Positions 1 to 10,473 of a stretch of 64,000 nucleotides of DNA are shown piece after piece. Numbering within the stretch: position 1 is the first letter of the stretch; every line of letters begins with the position of its first letter. Made by a program: the position numbers and the translations under genes. Under the pieces are notes generated by a model. The model searched no databases. It was given only the letters and a program-made list of their open reading frames with translations, and was not told the origin of the DNA. This stretch comes from Raillietiella orientalis (lineage: Eukaryota), in contig JAYWIR010000003.1 in assembly GCA_036172245.1 (NCBI GenBank), positions 5,704,001-5,768,000 of the forward strand. The letters run 5' to 3'.

Positions 1-149
1 CAAGTGGAGCTCTCAGCAGAGCCGGCGTGAGTGCTCGAGAGATCTTGAGTCGAGGGCCATTAAAATCCTCCAGTCCTCATCAAGAGAAAAAAAAAACAAA
101 AACGCGCGCAGAGTCCTTCCTGCTGCCGGTTTTAGTCTTCTCATTTCTC

Positions 150-1299
150 TTACTTGGGAGCGTTTCCGAAAGTCCAGGGCACGCGGACGGCTTCTTCTTG
201 AAAGGAAACTGTCCGAAAGGATGCCCTACATGGGTAGAATGAGACCTAACCGAAAATACTCATCCCTATCCAATCTTCGCTTCTGTTTTACGTAAAGAGT
301 ATTCCGCAGTCTCGGTATGTGATTTTAGATGGGGCCACCGTCACCAGCTGGAATCAGAGGCGCCAGTCTGGATGGACTACGGGTCTCCTTCCGAACGTTG
401 GTTTTTTGCTTTTTAAGGAACGTTGCAAGCAATACAGAAGGATAAGAAAACCTTAGGGGACGGACTAGTTGACACTGCTGACTAATCTGAAACCAGGAAT
501 CTCCACTCAGTAGATCCCCATCATCTTCCCAGTCGGTGATTTATATATCCCTTTTTGGGAATATCTCTACGAAATCAATAAGCACTCAAGAAGCGTTCGC
601 CTAGAGACTCAAGATGCTCTTCAACACTGTCCCACGTCACCCGAGAGTGCATATAACTTTTCAAGTTAGAGGATGATCCCGGAGGAGCCACCCTATGAAT
701 CCAGAGACGCTCCGGAGGAAGAAGACGCTCCCTCTTTCCGGAGGGAATTCCGAATCTCTTCGTTATTCTCTCCGGAGGGATCAGTTTCCCGGAGGGGGCC
801 GTTCCTTATTTCTCCTTCGAAGGAAACCCGGAAAGCATTCCACTCCTGGAATTTCTTCTCCGATGGGAACCCACCCTCAAGGGAACCGCTCCTCTAAAGA
901 GGACTCCGAATGGACTCTTCCCAACTTCTCCGACGGGTCGCTTCCCAAAGAGAGAGGCGTGCTTCTGACACTTCGGAGAGGCAACTCCCGAGGGCGACAT
1001 AAACCAGTTCCATTTGCATAGCCGGAAGGAAACCCCGAAGCGAACCGTTGCTCCTTGCTTCCTGGAAAGAGTCCGGAAGTCCACTTCCAGCCCCGGCCAG
1101 TCAAAGGAGGCATTCGGGGACATCCGGATTCTTCCAGTGCCGCACCCAGAGCCTGGAGATCAACCAGAATCATCCTGCGGGGGCATACTCGAAACCTACA
1201 ACGCATCCCCCGTTCTCGGCGTCGATCCTTCCCCGGGCGGGATTCGAACCCGCAACGCTTGGTGCCACCACGCGCGGAGACCTCAGCCACGCAGCCCCC
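150..1299 (-). mobile_element. tRNA-headed retroelement, copy A (Pol III A/B-box head, sub-repeated spacer, degenerate LINE ORF1-like region)
   Basis: Minus strand begins GGGGGCTGCGTGGCTGAGG (A-box-like) and has GCGGG-TTCGAAT-CCCGC (perfect T-arm, B box at 1250-1240). It is colinear with 44625-46560 in the opposite orientation, e.g. cgcatcccccgttctcggc, ccggccagtcaa and ccctatgaatcc are shared. Distal part translates to NLKSYMHSRVTWDSVEEHLESLG and KVFLSFCIACNVP. The lower boundary is approximate. Confidence 0.75.
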
Positions 1300-1599
1300 A
1301 ACGAAATCCATAAGCGGGTCGTCAGTTCGCTTAGGCCGATTTCCACTTAGAATCCTTTAGCAGATGGTGAAGAGGATGCACTAAGGGAAAAGTCGCTGCT
1401 TCATTGTCGACTGAAAGAGAGGAGACGCATCTTCGGAACTGCTAATGTGGCTTGCAAACGGAATGTTACTGCTTACAGCTGCGACGGCTGACATTTTTAT
1501 TTTTTTTCCCCCCCTCTGGTGTTTGATATGGTTCACAGACCAAAATAATGAATAATCCGAAGTCAGATGGAGCGATCTCTTCATGGAGTTTCGTTCCCA

Positions 1600-2380
1600 G
1601 ATCAGAACCGTGAACGGTTTGAGCCATGGATCCCTGATTCGCAAGGAAGCGGCGAGCTCCAGGATTCGGGTGGATGATGTACTCAACAACTCCACCAGCT
1701 GCTGCTAAAAAATCCTTTATCCCACCCGCATCATGTCACCTGACCCATATTTATAGGATGAATCTTGCGTCTTCCGTGTCTGCTGCTGCGGCTCCTCTTA
1801 AGAATCTCCTTCTGCTGCATCGTTTTCGTTTCCATCCGCATCGTTTTTTTGACAGCCAGAGTTCGATTAGAACTTACAGCATCCAATTTCCTGTTCCGTT
1901 TTTCGTTTTCTTGTCACTACGAAAACGATCCACGTTGTTCAGTGGATTTCACAACTGTGAGGAACAGGGCGCACTCCAGCGTGCTTCTTTCTCTCAGAAC
2001 CATCATTGTATGCTAGACGATTTCGAGACCATCCTCTCACGGGTTCTCACAAGTTCGTAAATTTTGTACGAATCCTCTCGAAAGCCCCTTTGAAAGAGAT
2101 TTTTTCTCATCTTTGCGTTCAGACTGCTCCTGTTTTGATGTTTTGCGCCTTTTGTTCCCATCAGGTTCGGGCTACTCACCCAGTGAAGTTCGCCTCCTCT
2201 TTCCCCCTTCTGTGGGCTGGGAATCAGCACACTGGGAAGCTTTCTTTTGAGGTGTTGTCTTCACGTGCATGCAGATAGATGGCAGCGCTGGTGGGTGGAT
2301 CATGCCACACTGAAGCCAGAACATGAGAACATCCGTCTTAAGGACCTTTGCCGGTGACGTGACCCGTGTTGGGTGTCAAC
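1600..2380 (-). mobile_element. Degenerate SWIM zinc finger + YqaJ-like exonuclease ORF (ISL2EU-like DNA transposon accessory gene)
   Basis: In order across frameshifts: GCSHVLASVW (SWIM CxH, ~2335-2305), WF*EKEARWSA (~2000-1970, cf. WxxxRxxRLTAS) and KYG..HDAGGIKDFLAAAGGVVEYIIHPNP / ELAAS (~1750-1645, cf. YG..E..A...GL.IHP..P.LAASPD). Many stop codons. Confidence 0.55.
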
Positions 2381-2819
2381 TTTGACGATAGCAGAAATCC
2401 AGCTCCAGATTCCCATGCTCACGCAGAAGCCCTGTCTTTTCCCAACTTTCTGGAATATCAAATATGAGTAGCTGGAGAGCCCCCCTTCTTCTCGTAAGAA
2501 ACAGACAATAATCGATGATTCCAAATCGTTGCTTCTGAGGACACATGCCCCCTCCCCCCCCCATGCCAAAGTACATCGCTTTCCTTCCATTCGTCGGAAG
2601 AAAAAAAAAACTTTATTATGAAATTCACTATGAAATTTCGATAAAGAATACATCGCAAGGATGAAATGTTCTCGAAAGTTGTTATTATCGATGTATATCG
2701 CGTCGACCTCACCAATCTTGATCGCCTCTGGAGGCCGGACAAATCACTACCGTCCAGAGAAACGTGTACACCAACAAAAGCAAACTCTGTTTCTCTAAAG
2801 CATGGGTTTGAGTAACATG

Positions 2820-3610
2820 ATTGATGACAGCAGCGGCTCCGGAGATACACTGGAAGCCCAAGTGCACTTACCGCTATATGCAGAGTTTATGGTCTCCTGT
2901 CATTTCGAGGACTATTTTTCATTCATTCAGTGATACCAGACACCAAGCTGGGCCTGTAAAGATACAGCACATCGTTTAACAGTTCATAAATCATAATGTT
3001 GTGGATAAGAGACACCCAAATATGCGGAGCCGGAACACGACAGGCAGGAGGACGGTTATTTGTACGAATTCGTTTCTCGGCAAGCCAACTGTCAGGCTCG
3101 CGTCTTCTCGAGCCCTGTCCAAAGTGAAACCGACGCTGTCATTAGCAAAACCGAATTTCAACCACCTCGAAAAGAAAAAGGCCAACACAGGATGGACCCA
3201 CTTGTTGAAATAAGAGAGCCACCGATGCTTACTAGCAAAGCACGTGTGTTCCAGTTTTCCCGTGAAAGAAAAACCTCCAATCTCTGCTCTGCCCGTCCTC
3301 CAGCGGGCTTACCAGTACAGTACAGAAGTGAAATCTGGAAGGAATACATAGTATTGGATCACTGTTGTGCGTTGGAAGAGCTCATTTTACGCGATTCTAG
3401 ATAAATACGTGTGCGGATGTGTTTCCAACCTGGAATTCACAAACAATACATGATAGAGACGTATGTACTCTGCTGCTTATTTACCTATTTGTTGCAACAA
3501 GTGGAATGCACACGGAGAAACAGTTTAATAGCGTTCAACACAATCATTTGCGCCGCACTGTAGCCACGACTTTTTTCACACCTCCATGGTTATCGCGAGT
3601 GAAGAGGTTC
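2820..3610 (+). mobile_element. Degenerate THAP + HTH N-terminal part of an ISL2EU-like transposase
   Basis: THAP-like strings *QQRLRR/HWKPK...CHFEDYF (~2825-2915) and LWI...TVICTNSFLGKPT...VKPTLSL (~3000-3145); HTH-like CTLLLIYL...TVATTFFTPPWL (~3465-3590). Head-to-head with the SWIM/YqaJ remnant. No DDE core recognised. Confidence 0.45.
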
Positions 3611-4449
3611 ACAGAGATCGTCAGTTTCTCAGACGACTTTTCGAAATCGCAGCTCTCCTTCACTATGCGAAACCGAAGCTGGAAAGCCCAAGAAATGCTA
3701 TCCACGGCTTGTAGGTTCGCACCAATGCATCCCTCGCTTTGCTCTGTGATTTCTTGGAAGGTGGACTTTCCAACTCCTCTCTTGAAGTTGAATCTTCAAC
3801 GATCGGGAAGATCTAAACCGAAAGCCATCGCAGTTTCGTTCTTTTCATTTTTTTCCTACTAGAAAACACTCAAAAGTCGTCCTTCCTTCCCTAGCGAAGC
3901 GGAGAGAAAGGGAGCAAGAGGACAGCTCGCGATAGAAGAGCACCTGCGACTCCCCTCTGTTCAACTTCAGTTCTTCGTCTCATGCTGGAATTCCTGGCGT
4001 GGACGGATGGCGTGGAACGTGCTGGGTGATTCCAGAAAACGGGGCAGTGTCGGCGGTCGAGTTCTTTGGGTTACGGGTTCGTTAATTGGGGAAGACCCCA
4101 ACGATGGGAGCAGGAACCTGCAGAACTTCCGTTACAATAGAAACGTCATCAATCATCCAAAGAGGAGGACGGGAATTTCTAAGGACGTGTTCCTCCGGCC
4201 TTGTAGCGGTTCCAGTGCTTGGGACCGGCTTGAGGCCCACGTCTTTCGCGGTGACCTCACGCTGAGGCAATCCCTCCTTCCTTTCGTTCTCCGAAGAGCG
4301 GCGATGGTCGTCGCTCTCCCGCTGTAGACGCTGGTGAACGCCACCTGCGTCTGTGATCATTACGCGCGGGGAGCGAAGATGTTATCGGAAGGAACGCACT
4401 GCTCTAAATGCCACCATCGGAGACGGGGGGATGAAAAAACGATCGCATC

Positions 4450-7400
4450 AGACACAGATCTAGGATGAAGAGGACGGGGGAAGCAATTCAACCACGAAGA
4501 TTCGTTACTGGCCCAACAAGGAGATGCGTCGCTTGTAGAGAGCAGGATTGGCAGGAAGTTCAATTACGGTTGGCGGGGTCTCCCATTTGCGCTGATAAAA
4601 TCGAAGTTCCATTCGAGTTATCCTCGTCTAAGAAGCAGATGAAAGCTCTCCACACGAGTTCTTCTTCCTCGAAGCCAATGATCGGAAATCTTCGAGGCTT
4701 CTCCAGTTCCATGATCCCGATTGCAAGAACTCAAGCTTCCAGTAAGCATCTTCCACAGTGCGGGGGAATGCTCATTCTTAGGGGAGCGAATTTGCCGCTG
4801 TCAGGAGCGGAAGGATGCTGCACCGCCTAGTTGTGGTTGATCGTCCGCGTGCCACTGCAGTCCTCTCCACTTTGGAGGCGCATATTCAACGATAAAAGAG
4901 ACTGGCAAGACGGGACGGTAGGTCAAATCACGGGTGACCTCATTCGGATGCACCCTGATACGGGCGCTTTCCACGAGTTGGAGGAAATCGGGGCTCGGCA
5001 GATGGGCGACGTTTTTCTGAGTAGGGAAGGGTGCTCATGCTGCTCCGTGCGTGCTACGGGAGTTCCTGCAAGAGGTCGCGACGTCAGGGGAGAGCAGCGG
5101 TCGGGAAGAACCGAGAAGGCATACCACGATGTGCGCGCGCTCCAAGATGATGCAGGAGGGAGGGGAGGGGAAGGTTTAGGTCTCCTTGATGGCACAAAAA
5201 GTATGGACTGCTGAGAATTGTAAGGAAGGAAATGGTGCGCCACCGGAACGCAAGCCTCTCGCCTCTGGTCTCAAGAGCAGAAACGATCGAGGATCGGTCG
5301 TCGGGCTCCCCACAGCCGCAAAGACGTGGCCTTGATCGAAGTTTCTTTTCGAAACATCAGAGTTGGTGTCGACTAGGGAACAGTGTGCGTTTGCTTCTTT
5401 CCGATGGAGAGTGGTCTACAGATCAGATCCCCCTCCCAGGAACTAAGCAGGGATTGCCTTTGCAATCCCCCCCCCCCTTCCCCCCGTGATCATGACAATC
5501 GCTGACATGTCGACGTTCCACAATCCGAAAGCACTTTCCAAGGTCTCTGGTTGAGCTTCAAGAGCAGAAGTTTTCGCTTTTCTTCCTGTAGGAGACGTGA
5601 CGCTGGCGAGAGGTTGGAGGAGGGGGGGGTAGGTTTCCGCGGTCGCCCAAGGGCTGAATCGAAATGCGGAGCCCGTTGCCGAGCAGCAGCTTTCGTGAGC
5701 CGGGGAAAAAAGCGTCATCAGCAGCTTTCATTCATGCACATCTTGAGGAGAAAGGCGCTCCACGTCTTCTCTTTCTTTGCGTGCGTGCGCGTTTTTTGGG
5801 CAGTGAAAGAAGCGTTCACGCCGGCTGGCATCTCGGAGGGGGGAAGGACCGGTGTGCTGCGCACGTCGAAGAGATGAAAGGCACGCAACGCATGACGCAA
5901 AGATTTCCGCCTCTCCCTTTTCTTTATTTAAAAAAGAGAAACAACGGAAGCTGGCAGATTCGATCTCGAACGAAACATCTCGGGGAGGAAGATCCAGGAA
6001 GTAAAAGGCGTTTTCCCGGGTTGAATGACAATCTTGAAGGGAAAACCACGAAGTACGCCGACAAGACGCGGGCTCTCCGTAAGAGCGTGGCCTTGACAGG
6101 TTGAATAATTGCCGGAGATGCCGCATCCATCACGGAGCGAGTGCGGTTTCCGAAACCGTGTGACAATGCGCAGCGGAGCACCAGGAGCTTTCCCGCCCAA
6201 TCATCACGCGGTCCTCTCGTGAGGAACGAAACCACGAGGCTTCGAACCAACCGGAAGGAGGGTTGCTCCGAAGCCTCAGTGCGCCACGGAGGGATCCCGG
6301 CGAGAGATGAAACTCTTTGCCGCCCCCCTCCGGAGGGATGTATGGACAACCGCAAGCCGGATGGGGGAGTCAAACCGTCTCTCCTGGACCTCCGTGCTTC
6401 CTTGGACCACGAGCTCTGACTCACTCGGTTTTCCCGAGGACAGCGGATCTCTTCCAGCGCCTGGACGTCGTCGACTGCAGCGTCACCGAGGGAAGGAAGA
6501 AGAGGAAGGATCGACGGACTTGCATGCAGCGCAGGAAGAGTTCCGGAGCCCCTCGGCAACGGCATTTGTTGAAGGGAACTCAACTGGCTTGCTTTTGCAG
6601 ATGAAGCAGAAGAAAGTCGGTTTCGCGTCTGGGAGACCTTCTGGGCGGCGCAAGCTTTTACGGCTGGAGGGTCTCATTGGGTCCTGGCGATAATCTGTGC
6701 ACGACCGCTTTCCCGGAGCGCGATAATCTGCGCTCCGGGAAAGCATTCCCGAGGAAAGTCATCCTCGCTCTATCCCAGAAAAATCCAGTTCACGGACTTG
6801 CTAGTCGCTGGGACAGCCTGGATGGAAACGCTGTTCCCGTTCGCACCGATGTCGCAGCAAGAGGGATGCGCGCTTCAACCCACAGATGCCGCAGCTTCAA
6901 GAACTCAGCTGCTGCATCACTCTCTGGACCTAAGGGGATGTCGCACGAGACGAGAGAGCGAGCTTGTATGCGAGAAGAATGGAGAATGGTGTGCGTCGTC
7001 TGAATCTTCCAGATGCGTCTTCCAGGGTCACGGAGAGCACGGAAGGGAGGAGGTGGAACGTCGAATGCATGTTCAGAGAGATGTAGGAGGTAACAGATAT
7101 CCTGGACCACTTGTGGTGCTTCTCGGAGAGGCCACTCTGAATGTGCTTCTCACATTCAGAGTGGCCCCGGCGACTAAGCGTCCAAGAAGACCCCTGGCTC
7201 ATCAGCACTGCGGGTCTCCTGGAAGCGGGAACAAGAAGACAGGAAGGCGTGTCCGAGATCACTGCGCAGCATTTGGTTTCCAAGGAGTGGGCCGCGCGAT
7301 GAGATAAGGCATCAAAGGGATGTGATTTCTTCATGATGGAACCCGAGTCTGTGTCTCGCCGCCATCTACACCTGTGAAAATTCCCCTTGCCCACTAGGAG

Positions 7401-8330
7401 ACCATCACCTTGGTGCTGCTTTCCGTCTTTCAAGCGGCCTTTCTTTCCGCTCGGGAAATACGACGCTCCTTGTTGATGATTCCTGAAGCTGAGTTCGTAG
7501 GTCTGAAAGCTGATCAGGATCTCAAGCAAGAATTGCTAGCATCCGCTCCAGACCCACCCCTGGATGTCCTGTTCCCTTCGTTGAAGAGTGTAGTTGCCTC
7601 TCCTTGCGCATCGCAGGAAGAAACCCTTTGTTGGTCTCTAATATCAAGATGCGCTCGCAAGTTTTGCGAAGAGTCTCTCCACTTTGATCTTAGCCAAAAG
7701 GCCGAAGAGCCTCTCCGTCGCGGAAAATCTGACCACTTTGCCAGGAAAGCCTCGGTTCAACCTGCCTTTACCAAGCCTGAAGAATTCGGACCCACGATTT
7801 CAGAAAGACCACTGCCTGTCCTCTCTGCTGGAGTGCCCAATGTGGGGGCAGAAGGAGCCACGGATGCAATTTTCGAGGTGACCCTCGAAATACACCGGAG
7901 GCAAGAAGAGGAGGTCGTTCTGCCTTACCACAGGCAAGGTACTTGGCACATCCCCCCGGGAACGCAACCTGACGAAATTCACTCAGAGGTTGGAGGATCT
8001 TGCATTCGTCAAGTCACCAGGGGCAACAGCCAAGCCCGCGAGGTAGTGTGGAGAAGCTAGGTGGCTATGTGAGCCCTTCACAACGAAACCCATGCTCTCG
8101 TGCATCCGCGCTAATGGTTCCACTTTCTCCCCAAGGAGGGACCAGGTCCTCATCCCTGGAGAACAGGAGGTGCACTCTTCTTAAGGTCAGGAGGCAATGG
8201 ACGAGATCCTCGGTCACAGGATGCGACGGAAGAAGCAGGACCTCGTTGCTGCTGCTCCAGAGAAGTCAATCAACCTTCTTCCTTGATTTCCTTGACCTCA
8301 TTCTTGCAGAGCGTGGTCATGACAACAAAG
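4450..8330 (-). mobile_element. Decayed non-LTR retrotransposon ORF2 (APE-RT-RNase H; I-group-like)
   Basis: In order on the minus strand: APE GDLTNARSSNL* (~8020-7985), IWK (~7015), RT LPRGSGTLPAL...AVDDV (~6560-6465), RNase H-like SWKAPVSG..NEVTRDL (~4975-4925) and C-terminal CQSCSLQATHLL (~4555-4520). Confidence 0.6.
6707..6744. repeat. Perfect 15-bp inverted repeat with 8-nt spacer
   Basis: gctttcccggagcgc-gataatct-gcgctccgggaaagc read directly from the sequence. Confidence 0.9.
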
Positions 8331-9738
8331 ACTGGAGGAAGCGCAGAGGTGCCATAGCTACCGGCTTGTACTACAGGGACCGAAGTGGGGCTCGAGAGGA
8401 AGGCTCCGGAAGAAGGGTTCGGGTTTGGAGACAATGGAGGAGGGACGAGGAAGAGAGCAGGACGAGAGCCTCAGGAATGGGAAAAACAGGACGAAAGGCG
8501 AGGCGGAGCAGTAATGCGATTCCTCAGGGAGGACGGGTGGCTGCTCAGCGGGCCTGTATCTTTCCAGGGAAGACCTGGCAACGGCCTTCTGTCTCTTCTG
8601 TCCATTCGTCCTAGGATGATTCCGGTCGAAGGGAAGAGTCAGTCTTCTCCTCAGCATCAGCAGCCCTTGCGTGCGACGAAACCACTCGGGAGATGCTGCG
8701 CGAACCGGAGGAGAGGAAGCGCTGCCCACGGGGCATTTTCCCACGCCCTCCCTTCCGCTTCGAGGAACGAAGGGAGAGTCTCTGCCAGAATCCAACCTTG
8801 CCTTCTCCTTCCCCTTCCCGAGGAGACAGCGCGTGGCAGATCCTTGCGATAAGCTGGCCCGAAGAGGGTCGCTCCCCCATCCTGCCTGGAAGTCGGCCGT
8901 TGCACTTTCGTCCTGCTCGTCCAGGGCTAGCCCCTCATCCCTGCTGGACGCAGCTGCTATGAGCGGATGTTCCTGCAGGTGTCCGCTGGGGATGGTTACG
9001 CCTCCTGCCGTCGCCGCTCGCGTTCCCTGTGGAACGCCAGCGACAGGGACGCTCGGCCTCCGCCTCGCCTCGTTTCCCTTTTTACTTCCCTTTCCTCTTC
9101 GCTCCTGAAGAGCGGCGTTCCGCTGCTTTCTGGAGAAAGCCCCGCCCCGGATGAGCACGTTTCGCCTGGGAAAAAAGGGAACTCCGCTCTCCGCCAATCC
9201 CGTGGGCACCTTGCTTCCTTTTCTTTTCTTTTATGGCTGCCGTTTTTATTCCATGGAAGAACGGAATATCTCGTGGAGGGGAGGGCGCGGGCAGATACTC
9301 CTGGAAAGCCTCTTCGTGCGATGTCGATTCGGAGAATCCGGAGGGGGTGCAGAGAGGTCGCCGAGGGCGCGTCTCCGTTCGTCTTGTGAGAACGGAGCTC
9401 TCTGCGCCGCTTGCAGCGATGTCCGGGGCGCGTTCCTGCCTGTTGGGAGCTCCACAAGAAAAGGAAGATGCGCTGCTGGAGACCGGGGAAGGAAGGGGGG
9501 GGGGGAGGTGGAAGACGGAGAGCAGATCCGTCGGTTCCTTCGAGGCCTCGAGCGCCAGCGCCGACCTTTCGAGAGACGCCTGCCGCTTTGAGCTCCAATC
9601 TGCACGCGTCCTAGAGAAGGGAGGGGAGCGGAGGAAGGAATGGCGTTCTGCTAGCTGCAGCATCCCACCCACCGTATTCAGATGGACCGCCAGCCACCCC
9701 TTCTACCTCGTGACGAGGGGAAACGCAGAACTTTGATT

Positions 9739-9744
9739 TTTATT
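9739..9744 (-). terminator. Candidate polyadenylation signal (AATAAA) for labial
   Basis: First AATAAA on the minus strand after the stop codon (~360 nt downstream), followed by a T/GT-rich stretch (TTCTGCGTTTC). A second AATAAA lies at 9250-9245. Confidence 0.55.
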
Positions 9745-10105
9745 GCTTTTTTTTGTGTTGTTGTTAATCTTCTGCTTCTTCCCGAGAAAGCTGCACTCCG
9801 CGGGTCGTGAGTGCCACATCCCTTACGCTCTGGCAGGAGTCCGGCGGGAGTTTCTGGAGCGTCTCGGTGGTTGAGGGGGCGCCGCCGACCGTGGGGCGCG
9901 CGCACACGTGCCTCCCCCCTACAACTCTCCCTGCTCTCTCCATCCTTCCTCCCGATCGATCCTGCGTGCCGGAGGATGGACGGACGGGGAGCTGAAGGGA
10001 GGAGAGGAGAAGGAGAAGATCGGGGAAGCGGAAGGGGGTTGAAGGGGAAGAAATGGGGCTGGAGGGAGTCGGGAGCCGTCCCGAGGGGCGTGGACGCGGC
10101 TTCCC

Positions 10106-10473
10106 TCACGGGGACTCGCACTTGACGGCGGAGGGGGAGCACGCGGAGCTGCCGTTGGAGGAGGGGGACCGCTGGGACTGGGCGGAGCCCTGGGCCTCCC
10201 CGTCCTCAGAAAAGGATTCCGCAGGGAGCAGCCCCTCCTTCATCCTCTTCTTCTGTTTCATGCGCCGGTTCTGGAACCATATCTTCACCTGGGTCTCGTT
10301 CAGGTGCAGGGAGGAGGCGATCTCGATTCGGCGCGCCCGCGTGAGGTACTTGTTGAAGTGGAACTCTTTCTCCAGCTCGGTCAGTTGCTTCGTGGTGAAG
10401 TTGGTCCTCCCCATGCCGCCGCCGCCTCCGCCGGGATGCCCGCTGTAGTTGCAGTCCATCTGCTGTTTCAGTG
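10106..10473 (-). CDS. lab: labial/Hox1 coding exon 2 (linker, homeodomain, C-terminal tail, stop)
   Basis: Acceptor tctgacctctgtcatccttccAG| with branch-like CTGAC at 10495-10491. Phase-1 join with exon 1 reads ...[86 protein letters not shown]..., a diagnostic labial/Hox1 homeodomain. TGA stop at 10108-10106. Confidence 0.96.
10241..10420 (-). other. lab: Homeobox (60-aa PG1 homeodomain)
   Basis: [60 protein letters not shown]; the [19 protein letters not shown] and MKQKKR residues are characteristic of Hox1/labial. Confidence 0.97.

Noticed and set aside
1220..1299. tRNA gene
   Set aside because: Only the A/B boxes and T-arm are tRNA-like; no convincing acceptor or anticodon stem, and it is the head of a dispersed repeat.
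1858..1890. RLELTASNF on the plus strand resembling a YqaJ motif
   Set aside because: Opposite strand to the ordered SWIM/YqaJ motif series; probably coincidental.
2818..2830. TGATTGATGACAG Pbx/Meis-like site
   Set aside because: Lies within the putative THAP transposase fossil; short motif with no further support.
10460..10465. CAGCAG tandem acceptors just before the exon 2 ATG
   Set aside because: They are phase 0 and would shift the frame when joined to the phase-1 donor at 38754.
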